Origin: Terriglobia bacterium
Lineage (GTDB): Bacteria; Acidobacteriota; Terriglobia; 20CM-2-55-15
Assembly (NCBI GenBank): GCA_963664115.2
Contig: CAXWPJ010000004.1
Span: 64,001 to 128,000 of the forward strand
Reading direction: 5' to 3'
Length of the DNA stretch: 64,000 nt
The notes below the pieces were generated by a model. That model was not told where the DNA came from. It saw only the letters and a list, made by a program, of their open reading frames with translations, and did no database searches. Position 1 is the first letter of the stretch. Each line of letters opens with the position of its first letter. Positions 1 to 8,134 of the stretch are shown in pieces. A program made the translations under genes and the position numbers.

Positions 1-358
1 CTGCCGAAGCTTTGGGCGAACGATGCCGAACGCCGCAAGAAGACCGGTGTCCCCGACGCGGTTGGATTCCAGACCAAGATTGCGATTGCTCTGGACCAAA
101 TCCGACAGGCGATTGCGGACGGTGTGGGGACGGCTCCCGTGTTGGCCGATGCCGCCTACGGCAACGACAGTAAGTTTCGCGCGACGATTACCGCACTGGG
201 GCTGCCTTATGTGGTTGGCATCCAATCCTCGACCTCGGTCTGGGAGCCCGGTCGGCAACCCCTGCCCAAGAAGTCGTGGACCGGCCAGGGGCGCCCGCCG
301 ACGCTGTTGAGGCGTCACAAGAAGCATCGTCCTGTTTCGGTCAAACAACTGGCTCTCT
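1..358 (+). pseudogene. IS701-family transposase, upstream fragment (runs off window start; interrupted at 358/359)
   Basis: Frame 1 reads LPKLWANDAERRKKTGVP...VLADAAYGND...LPYVVGI, typical of IS701. Removing 359-3490 restores an open frame (...VKQLALS-LPRQKW...). Confidence 0.9.
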
Positions 359-367
359 GGTAGTGCA

Positions 368-1252
368 TCAGTTTGAAATCCGCTTCTTGTATGGTCCGCG
401 TGATCCCGGCTTCGGGGCGTTCGCGTCGATCAGCCCAACAATATCCTCAAACGTCCAAACTCGATCCGTCAAACCTGCTTCCATCGCTGGCGTCACTCGC
501 AGGGTCTTATGTATCTTCAGGAAGTTGTAATAGACCGCGTACAAGGCAACCATCCACATGTGATTCTCAAACTTCTTCGAGAATCCGTTGGTCAGGCGAG
601 TAAACCGCCGCATGTGCATCCGCATTGTCAAATTTTGGCGTTCGACGTGAGACGTTGAAATGTGCTTCGGGTCTGGGCGTCCCTCCCGCGCGTAACATCG
701 TGTACCCGTGCATTCTGAAGGGCTGTACTTGCGTTCCGGACTGGCGGTCTTCGGTTCGCCGTAGAGCTTCACAAGTTGTGCGAAATCGACATCCGCACCG
801 AAAGCGCCTTCAACTGCCACCAGGTATGCTTTAAGTCCGTCTGTGGTCAACTGGACGCGACCGGCGAGACGGTTCTTAACATCGTCCATGAACATCGCGG
901 CATATTCGGTGTCTCGTCCACCTACCAGCCATGACACGATCAGCTTGCTGTCGCTGTCCAGCGCCGTCCACGTCCACGTATCACCAGCCCCGTCAGGGGC
1001 CTTTTTAGCCGTACCGACGTTCTTCTGTTTGGCGTAGGTGAAGCTCCAAATTTCATCGCACTGGACCCGTCTTGCTTTTACGTTCTGCACTCTTTCATCA
1101 TGGAACGTAGCGCAAGAGCGACCCGAGTCTATCAGGATCTTATTAACGGTATTGAACGACACGTTTGCGATCCTGGAGACCGAACGCATGGAGTTTCCTT
1201 CGCACAGTAAGTGAAGGATTTGAGCGCGGGCGTTGGTGTCTAGCTTATTCAT
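368..1252 (-). CDS. IS1-family DDE transposase (single ORF, N-terminal HTH)
   Basis: Motifs VQCDEIWSF, LTTDG, STSHVERQNLTMR..RRFTRLTNGFSKK. Start placed at ATG 1252 behind a sigma70-like promoter; stop TGA lies inside the TIR. Confidence 0.88.
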   Translation of the reverse strand: MNKLDTNARAQILHLLCEGNSMRSVSRIANVSFNTVNKILIDSGRSCATFHDERVQNVKARRVQCDEIWSFTYAKQKNVGTAKKAPDGAGDTWTWTALDSDSKLIVSWLVGGRDTEYAAMFMDDVKNRLAGRVQLTTDGLKAYLVAVEGAFGADVDFAQLVKLYGEPKTASPERKYSPSECTGTRCYAREGRPDPKHISTSHVERQNLTMRMHMRRFTRLTNGFSKKFENHMWMVALYAVYYNFLKIHKTLRVTPAMEAGLTDRVWTFEDIVGLIDANAPKPGSRGPYKKRISN

Positions 1253-1259
1253 ACTGACT

Positions 1260-1288
1260 ATTATGCTTAAACCTATAAGCATTGTCAA
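1260..1288 (-). promoter_or_regulatory. sigma70-like promoter of transposase with internal palindrome
   Basis: Minus strand TTGACA (1288-1283), 17-bp spacer, CATAAT (1265-1260); palindrome ATGCTTA-N6-TAAGCAT at 1263-1282. Confidence 0.6.
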
Positions 1289-1335
1289 TGGTTTCATTCA
1301 ATTTAATGAAAACAAAGGATATCTCAGTTTAGAGC

Positions 1336-1365
1336 TTGAGCTATGCACATTTCTCGATCTATAAT
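1336..1365 (+). promoter_or_regulatory. putative sigma70 promoter of the cargo operon
   Basis: TTGAGC (1336-1341), 18-bp spacer, TATAAT (1360-1365), upstream of GTG 1408. Confidence 0.45.
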
Positions 1366-1407
1366 GAGATCCGAAAATGTGACACCGCCCGAACTAAGGG
1401 GGTTTAA

Positions 1408-2094
1408 GTGAGTTCGATAGAAAGGATCATCATTTCGGAACCGATACAGGTGGAGCAGCGGCTCCGCGAATTGCAGTCAACCCTTAGCGGCGAGTTATTG
1501 CTCTCGGCGCTTGAGGCCGGGATGGCGGACCGGGCACGAACGACAGAGAATCATCCGGCAACCTATCGTGGCAGCGTCATGTACGGTGAATCGACGTGCC
1601 GCCTCCGAGAACTCGGGCTACCGCTCGGCTGGATTCGGGAATCGACCAAAAACTTCGAGACGCTGGTAGCTCCTGACGGCAGGATGGCTATCGTTGTCGC
1701 AAGCGGCGACGAGTGGACGGGAACCGCCAGCGTGGCGCGTCAGCCAACGACAAGACATGGAAAGGGGTTGGTCACTCGGCGCGTCGTTTACCGTAATCGA
1801 CAAGCCGCCTTGGAATTCGTCAACTCCGCCGAACAAACCAACGCAGAAGTGTTTGCCCCAGATGACGATGGGCAGGACAAATACCAGTTGACGTGGTTTC
1901 TCCTCCACTGCCTCGTTGACGGTGAACTCCGGTCCGAACTTTCGCATCCGACGAAGATTGATGAAGCAGGAAAGATAACCGCGTGGTCAGAGCGGCTGAT
2001 ACTCGGGCGCATTCCGGGAAGTCCTGAAGTGATGCCCAGACCCGAAGACGAGCCAGTCGAGCCGATAGTCGAAGTTCGTCGCCGTGGCAACTGA
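1408..2094 (+). CDS. hypothetical protein, putative toxin of a RosmerTA-like pair
   Basis: 228 aa ORF overlapping the downstream HTH-peptidase gene by 11 bp; function inferred from gene context only. Confidence 0.65.
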   Translation: MSSIERIIISEPIQVEQRLRELQSTLSGELLLSALEAGMADRARTTENHPATYRGSVMYGESTCRLRELGLPLGWIRESTKNFETLVAPDGRMAIVVASGDEWTGTASVARQPTTRHGKGLVTRRVVYRNRQAALEFVNSAEQTNAEVFAPDDDGQDKYQLTWFLLHCLVDGELRSELSHPTKIDEAGKITAWSERLILGRIPGSPEVMPRPEDEPVEPIVEVRRRGN

Positions 2095-3190
2095 CACCAT
2101 CTTCAATCCGGACCGGATGGAGTTGGCGCGAATGCGTCGCGGACTCACGAAGGTTTCTCTGGCGAAGCAGTCCGCAATAAGCCGCGAACGGCTCCACCGA
2201 TTCATCACCGGAGAGGTCGAGCCCACCGAAGGCGAGATCGTGTCGCTTTCCGAAGTGCTACGTTTTCCAGTTTCGTTCTTCTATCGTGGAGACCTCGCAA
2301 AACTTGGATCCGCTTCATTCCGTGCGCTCAGCACGATGTCTGCCGCAGAGAAGGCTTCGGCATTTTCAGTAGCTGGGATTGCGTGGGAACTCAACAAGTG
2401 GATCGACGCGAAGTACCACCTTCCTGAGCCAGATATCCCGGACCTGTCCATGTACAAGCCCCCTGTCGCGGCGACGGTCCTGCGACAGTATTGGGGGATT
2501 GGTGAGCGGCCAATTGGTAATATGGTTCGCCTTCTGGAAGCGAAAGGCGTCCGGGTGTTTTCCCTGATCGAAAGGACCAGGAACGTCGATGCCTTCTCGC
2601 TCTGGGCAGATGATGTGCCGATGGTGTTCCTGAATACCATCAAGACTCCAGAGCACTCCCGCACTGATGCCGCTCATGAACTGGGCCATCTCGTGCTGCG
2701 CCACCACCACCGCAAGCAGGTAGGCCAACCCTTTGAAAGAGAGGCCCAGACATTCGCGGGAGTGTTTTTGGTTCCAGAGAAGAGCGCATTGGCGAACGTT
2801 GGGCGTCTGCGTGCTCCAACAGTTTCGACGCTCGCCTCAAAAAAGAAGATTTGGAAGGTATCGGTCTCTCTTCTAGCCCACCGTCTCCACACACTAGGGC
2901 TGATAACCGACTACTACTATCGCGGCATCTGCATTGAATTAAACAAGCACGGTAGATCGTGGGAGCCGGAAGGCATCGAACGCGAAACATCACAGGTGCT
3001 CGAAAGCGTTTTCGGCGACCTGAAGAAGAGTGGTGTTAAGAATGCAGACGTAGCGCGGGACCTCTGTGTCGGGACGGATGAGGTGGAGGGTCTGATATTC
3101 GGGTTGAGGAACGTAACGGCGATTTCCGGAAAGCACAGGCCCGACAGCAGGGAATCTAAAGAACTCCGGGACCAAATTCGGCCGCTCTAA
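2084..3190 (+). CDS. XRE-family HTH + ImmA/IrrE (M78) metallopeptidase
   Basis: N-terminal HTH (LARMRRGLTKVSLA...LSEVLRFPVSFF), AHELGH (HExxH) and EREAxxFA motifs. Confidence 0.92.
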   Translation: MATDTIFNPDRMELARMRRGLTKVSLAKQSAISRERLHRFITGEVEPTEGEIVSLSEVLRFPVSFFYRGDLAKLGSASFRALSTMSAAEKASAFSVAGIAWELNKWIDAKYHLPEPDIPDLSMYKPPVAATVLRQYWGIGERPIGNMVRLLEAKGVRVFSLIERTRNVDAFSLWADDVPMVFLNTIKTPEHSRTDAAHELGHLVLRHHHRKQVGQPFEREAQTFAGVFLVPEKSALANVGRLRAPTVSTLASKKKIWKVSVSLLAHRLHTLGLITDYYYRGICIELNKHGRSWEPEGIERETSQVLESVFGDLKKSGVKNADVARDLCVGTDEVEGLIFGLRNVTAISGKHRPDSRESKELRDQIRPL

Positions 3191-3420
3191 TTATCTTTGG
3201 CGTGCTCCTTCGCCCATCGCGCCTCTGCCGCCTTCTTGGCGATCTCACGGCGCTTGCGGGCTGACAGCTTCGACGCACGGACCTTACCGCCCTTCTTGCC
3301 ACGGGCAATGGCGTCAGGGTCCTTCTCTTCTTCTTCAGCATCACCAGTTGCGATCTGCATCACGCGCACGGCATTCCCGACCACGTCGGCGGGTCGCTTC
3401 GTCTTGGGATTCTTTGCCAT
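3187..3420 (-). CDS. small basic IS-associated protein
   Basis: KRPADVVGNAVRVMQIATG...ARGKKGGKVRASKLS...IAKKAAEARW; Lys/Arg-rich type often seen beside IS1/IS1595 transposases. Confidence 0.75.
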   Translation of the reverse strand: MAKNPKTKRPADVVGNAVRVMQIATGDAEEEEKDPDAIARGKKGGKVRASKLSARKRREIAKKAAEARWAKEHAKDN

Positions 3421-3482
3421 GCCTCTAAGCATATCGGAGGCGTGAAAGGATTTAACGTCTAATTTCAAACTGATGCACTACC

Positions 3483-3978
3483 GGCTCTCTCCTTGCCTCG
3501 ACAAAAATGGAAGAACGTGTCCTGGCGCGAAGGCACGGCCGACACGTTGCGCTCCCGCTTCGCCGCAATCCGGATTCGCACGGCTCATCGCGATCATGAG
3601 CGCCACGAGCCCCATCCGGAAGAATGGTTGTTGATCGAATGGCCCAAGACCGAATCCGAACCGGTTCAATACTGGCTCTCCAGTCTCGGGACCAATACCT
3701 CTCTTTCAAATCTGGTCTATCGGGCCAAGCATCGCTGGATCATCGAACGCGACTATCAGGAACTCAAGCAGGAACTCGGACTGGGCCATTACGAAGATCG
3801 CGGCTGGCGTGGATTTCACCACCATGGCGCTTTATGCATCGCAGCTTATGGGTTCCTGGTCGCTGAGCGGAACCGTTTTTCCCCCTCTGCATTTGTCACG
3901 CATGTTGGACTATCCGTCCCCCAACTCCCCAGACACTTCAAACCCCGCGGAGCCCCGGATCCGGCCCGAGCGACATAA
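3483..3978 (+). pseudogene. IS701-family transposase, C-terminal fragment
   Basis: WREGT..LRSRFAAIR, EEWLLIEWP, RWIIERDYQELKQELGLGHYE.RGWRGFHHH. The element probably ends near 4080-4082 (...GTAACACAGTAG). Confidence 0.9.
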
Positions 3979-4086
3979 TCCGTGCTCGATTGCCACACTT
4001 CGCATTCGCATCGCACGATTCCTCATCCAGCAACTCCCGTGCTGTCCGCTCTGTGGGCCGCTTCGTTTGTAACACAGTAGTACTAG

Positions 4087-5571
4087 CAGCCCGTGGTGAA
4101 AGTCGGTTTCATAGTATTTAGAAGAAGGACCGGATGCGACCATATCGCGAGGAACATTGAGGTAAGGAGACCGCGCTATGGGAATGGGACGAAGAAAGGA
4201 CCGACAGGAGACGTTGTGGGTGGCGACGGCGGAGTTGCCGCGAACCGCGGGCCACGTGTTCTATGAACGGGTGAACCGAATCCTGAATGAGACGAATTTC
4301 GACCGGTTCGTCGAGGATGCCTGCGAGAAGTTCTACGCCGCAGTGATGGGTCGGCCGAGCCTGGCACCGGGCAGGTATTTTCGGATGCTGCTGGTCGGCT
4401 ACTTTGAAGGGATCGATTCGGAGCGGGGAATCGCATGGCGGTGTGCCGATTCTCTGAGCTTGCGGGAATTTCTGGGATTGGGACTGAGCGACGCGGTGGC
4501 GGATCATTCGACGGTGTCGCGAACCCGACGGCTGATCGATCTGGAAACGCATGGAAAGGTTTTTTCGTGGATGTTGGGCGTGTTGGCCAGTGAGGGCCTG
4601 ATCGATGGGAAGACGGTGGGCGTGGATGCATCGACGCTGGAGGCGAATGCGGCGATGCGAACGATCGTGAGACGGGATACCGGAGAAGCCTACAACGAGT
4701 TCCTGACACGGCTGGCGCAGGCGTCGGGCATTGAGACTCCGACCCAGGCCGAGCGGGCCCGGCTGGACCGAAAGCGCACGAAGAAGGGATCGAACAAAGA
4801 GTGGGAACATCCCCACGACCCGGACGCGCGAATCACGAAGATGAAGGACGGCCGGACTGATCTGGCGCACAAGGTCGCACATGCCGCCGACATGAAGACC
4901 GGGGCCATCCTGGCAGTCACCGTGCAGGGCACCGACCAGGGCGACACGACGACGATCAAAGAGACGATGATCGAAGCGGCTCGTCAGATGGAGACACTGG
5001 CGGCCGATCCTGAATCGAAGTTGCGGGATGATTGCCTCTCCGAAATCGTGGCCGATAAGGGATATCACAGTAACGATACGCTGACCGGTTTCAGGGACCT
5101 CAATATGCGCAGCTACATCTCGGAGCCGGACCGGGGCCGGCGCAACTGGAAAGGCAAGCCCGACGAACAAAAGGCCGTCTATGCGAACCGGCGGCGGATC
5201 CGGGGTGAGCGGGGCAAGCGGTTACTCCGACAGCGGGGACTGATGTTGGAACAACCGTTTGCGCACACGCTGGAAACTGGCGCAATGCGTCGGGTTCACC
5301 TGCGACATCGCGACAACATTCTCAAGCGTGTTCTGATTCAGTACGCTGCGTTGAATCTGAGTCTGATTCTTCGGAACAATTTCGGGAATGGCACACCGCG
5401 AGGCCTTCAGGGCCAGCATGTCACTGCCTTGTTCACCCTGATACTGCTCTGGAGCCACTATGCAACGCTCTCTTTCGATCGTCACCGCTCCCGAAACGAT
5501 TTCGCAGCCGATCCTTCCCGGAACACTCCTGTGAATTCCGGCTCAAAATATGCCACTTCTGCCACGGGCTG
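4087..5571 (+). mobile_element. IS1182-like (IS5-related) insertion sequence
   Basis: Imperfect TIRs CAGCCCGTGGTGAAAGT (4087-4103) and ACTTCTGCCACGGGCTG (5555-5571), 14/17 match; flanked by CTAG and TTAG. Confidence 0.85.
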
Positions 5572-5575
5572 TTAG
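4178..5575 (+). CDS. IS1182-like transposase (DUF772 + DDE)
   Basis: GRPSLAP..YFRMLLVGYFEGIDSERGI, DHSTVSR, VDAST, DPDA, VADKGY motifs. Confidence 0.9.
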   Translation: MGMGRRKDRQETLWVATAELPRTAGHVFYERVNRILNETNFDRFVEDACEKFYAAVMGRPSLAPGRYFRMLLVGYFEGIDSERGIAWRCADSLSLREFLGLGLSDAVADHSTVSRTRRLIDLETHGKVFSWMLGVLASEGLIDGKTVGVDASTLEANAAMRTIVRRDTGEAYNEFLTRLAQASGIETPTQAERARLDRKRTKKGSNKEWEHPHDPDARITKMKDGRTDLAHKVAHAADMKTGAILAVTVQGTDQGDTTTIKETMIEAARQMETLAADPESKLRDDCLSEIVADKGYHSNDTLTGFRDLNMRSYISEPDRGRRNWKGKPDEQKAVYANRRRIRGERGKRLLRQRGLMLEQPFAHTLETGAMRRVHLRHRDNILKRVLIQYAALNLSLILRNNFGNGTPRGLQGQHVTALFTLILLWSHYATLSFDRHRSRNDFAADPSRNTPVNSGSKYATSATGC

Positions 5576-5667
5576 GGGACAGGCGCCCGTTCCTTCAGTT
5601 GTTCAAACCAGTTGAGGACGACGTTGATATGAGGCAGTGCGGTTTGACGCAATGAGATCACACCGAG

Positions 5668-6054
5668 TCATCGTCGATGGACGAGCGTCTTCATGCCATT
5701 CTCGAAGACTACCTCGATCTTGTTGCCATCTTTGATTGTCGTCGTCACGCCGACTCCAAAGCTTGGGTGCTCCACGACGTCATCCAGCACGTAACTGTCG
5801 CTAGTGGAATAACGCTTGGCGAGCGAAATGTCTTTTCCGTTCAAGAGCTTTTCATAACTGCTCGTCCGAGCTTTGCGCTGGCGCACGTTCTTGGAAACTT
5901 TACTTGGTTTATGAGGTCTGTATTTATGTTGCGCTTTGCAAGTGTTGCAATGCACTCGCGCTGGGCTATCGGCGACGATGGCTTCGATCGTGTGCGCCAA
6001 AATGAGCTTGCATGCACCACACCAACTGTCAACGTCATCGCCCGTCTTTAACAT
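5668..6054 (-). CDS. hypothetical protein: zinc ribbon + C-terminal Tudor/SH3-like domain
   Basis: CGAC...CNTC pair; C-terminal VVEHPSFGVGV...KIEVVF; AGGAG RBS upstream of ATG 6054. Confidence 0.75.
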   Translation of the reverse strand: MLKTGDDVDSWCGACKLILAHTIEAIVADSPARVHCNTCKAQHKYRPHKPSKVSKNVRQRKARTSSYEKLLNGKDISLAKRYSTSDSYVLDDVVEHPSFGVGVTTTIKDGNKIEVVFENGMKTLVHRR

Positions 6055-6498
6055 TTGTTTCTCCTGATAGCAGGTCAATTGATCTTCTGAATTCTAGGGA
6101 CCACAACATTATGCCCGACGGCCGTCGGAACTCGATGGAACGGAACACGGCTTCTTTTCAGTTACTGGTGAAGAGGAGGTGAGATTTTGAGAGTCGGGAC
6201 GTGTGAAGAGTTCGGTCGAGAGTCCAGTCTGCGCCAGCGGTTTCTCGATTTCTTGCGAATTCAAATCGACAGGTTTATGATCTTCGGCAATTCTCCGTAT
6301 AGCTCATTCCCTATCGGGGCGCTAGTGTACGTATCGGAAAACGGAATTGAGATCTTTAGGCGAATAAGGATAAAAACTATAATACCTGAGACACCGAAGC
6401 CCTGCCGGTACCGTCGGATGAGTTAAATATATTAAATCAAATGACTTACTAAGGTGTCGAACCGGAAGGCGTGGCGAGTTTCCGGTTCGAAACGATTC

Positions 6499-7452
6499 TC
6501 AGGGCAATTCGGCCCAAATCGCGCGGACCGCGGCGCCAATCCGGTTGGGGGCGCTCCAGTCCGGGTATGCAGCCTCAAACTCAAGCGTCAGCGATGTGGC
6601 GGCCTGTTCCACAGACTGCCCTTCGGCCTTGAGTTCGCGAGCCCTTTCAGTAATGGCTGCGACAACCGTCCGCTGAGCATCGACTAAAGCCCCGCCGCCT
6701 ATAGCGCCGTGGCTGGGCACAATAGTCGTGGGATTCAGCTCCTTAAATCGGTCGAGCACATCGACCCATGTTGCGCCACTGGAGCCGGAGTTGAATGAAA
6801 GAAAGGTGCGGTTCATCACGATGTCTCCGGCAAACAGAACACCATCTTCTTCTACGAAGATCGCTGTGTCACCGCGTGTGTGCGTCGGACCCAGAGACAT
6901 GAACCGCACCGTCACACCGCCCAGGTCGATCGTATGCTCCCGTTCGAACATGAGGTCCCCGCGACGGTACCGCACGCCTTCGAGCAGTTCTCCCATGATG
7001 GGAGAAAACCCCGCGAACCGTTCGGAAATTCCCGCGGCCAGTTCGTCGAGGTCTCTCTCCTGGGCCTCGGATACAACGAACTGGGCACTCGCCGGAAAGG
7101 CCGAACCCCCACCTGCGTGTTCAGGGTGATAATGTGTCGCCACTACATAGATGTCTTCGTTCGAGCTGAGCTTCGCTATTTCGCCGAGCACGATCTGACC
7201 ATTGCGCTCTCCCAAACCCGTGTCCACGACGAGCGTCGCACCCTCGCCAACGATGATCCCAACGTTCGGTACGAACCGGACATTGTCATCGGAAATGACC
7301 CAGACATGCTCAGAAATCTTCTCGGCCGCGTCCTGCCTAACGAACGGGGGCCGTCCCTCACGTGGCCCCTGGACGGCTCGTGCAGTCGGGGAAGACAGCA
7401 GGCACACCGCCAGGACAAGGCACCCACGTACTTTCAAACCAGGCATTTGCAT
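6499..7452 (-). CDS. secreted MBL-fold metallo-hydrolase
   Basis: VVDTG, THYHPEH, HTRGD, FAGD, VPSHG motifs; N-terminal signal peptide; start approximate. Confidence 0.88.
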   Translation of the reverse strand: MQMPGLKVRGCLVLAVCLLSSPTARAVQGPREGRPPFVRQDAAEKISEHVWVISDDNVRFVPNVGIIVGEGATLVVDTGLGERNGQIVLGEIAKLSSNEDIYVVATHYHPEHAGGGSAFPASAQFVVSEAQERDLDELAAGISERFAGFSPIMGELLEGVRYRRGDLMFEREHTIDLGGVTVRFMSLGPTHTRGDTAIFVEEDGVLFAGDIVMNRTFLSFNSGSSGATWVDVLDRFKELNPTTIVPSHGAIGGGALVDAQRTVVAAITERARELKAEGQSVEQAATSLTLEFEAAYPDWSAPNRIGAAVRAIWAELP

Positions 7453-7639
7453 CACAAACTCCACTGAATAACGAATTACCCAGATTATACCCGCAGATAT
7501 CTTCTGCGGGTATGGCCTATGACCGCAAACTTCTCTGCCGTGTGCGGTCACAAACGGCCCCGGCCGGTTCGAATCAGCGACCGCCGTACTGATTCTCTCG
7601 TTGACCCTTTCTGGTACACATCGATACTCTAGTGACCTG

Positions 7640-8122
7640 ATGGAAGACATACTCCGCATCCTCGAAGAAGACGCGCGCGCGTCTTCCGAGCGGATCGCCA
7701 CGATGACCGGTCGTTCTGTGGACGAAGTCCGCCGTCTCATAAAAGAGGCAGAAGAAGATCGCAGGATTCTCTCCTATAAAACTCAAGTGGACTGGGACAA
7801 GGCCGGTGAGGGCCCTGTAGCGGCCTTGATCGAGGTGCGAATGACTCCCCAACGGGATGTTGGCTTCAATGCGCTGGCCACCCGCATCGCCCGGTTTCCT
7901 GAAGTGCGGTCCATGCACCTGGTCTCAGGGGATTATGATCTCCTGGTACAGGTTGTGGGCAAGAGCATCTACGAAATTTCGAATTTTGTCTCCAGCAAAC
8001 TGTCGGGAATGGACGCGGTCCAGGGAACGCACACGCACTTCATCCTGAAGCGATACAAAGAAGACGGGACCCTTATCGCGGGCGAAAACGGCGAGGACGG
8101 GCGTCTGCCCTTGTCGCTGTAG
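7640..8122 (+). CDS. Lrp/AsnC family transcriptional regulator
   Basis: N-terminal HTH, VSGDYDL motif, THFILKRYK tail; paired with an aminotransferase as in yugG-yugH. Confidence 0.9.
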   Translation: MEDILRILEEDARASSERIATMTGRSVDEVRRLIKEAEEDRRILSYKTQVDWDKAGEGPVAALIEVRMTPQRDVGFNALATRIARFPEVRSMHLVSGDYDLLVQVVGKSIYEISNFVSSKLSGMDAVQGTHTHFILKRYKEDGTLIAGENGEDGRLPLSL

Positions 8123-8134
8123 AGAGCGTTAACG

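Larger units (their letters stand above)
359..3482 (-). mobile_element. IS1-family insertion element with passenger genes (3124 bp)
   Basis: Perfect 21-bp TIRs GGTAGTGCATCAGTTTGAAAT (359-379) and ATTTCAAACTGATGCACTACC (3462-3482), flanked by 8-bp direct repeat GGCTCTCT (351-358, 3483-3490); encodes a DDE transposase. Confidence 0.95.

Noticed and set aside
4118-5170. 350-aa antisense ORF over the IS1182-like transposase
   Set aside because: Shadow frame of a GC-rich gene; no motifs.
6187-6426. 79-aa ORF in an AT-richer intergenic region
   Set aside because: No motif and atypical composition; more likely promoter or remnant DNA.
7453-7740. N-terminal extension of the 413-aa MBL ORF
   Set aside because: Overlaps the divergent Lrp gene; the signal peptide and RBS point to a start near 7452.
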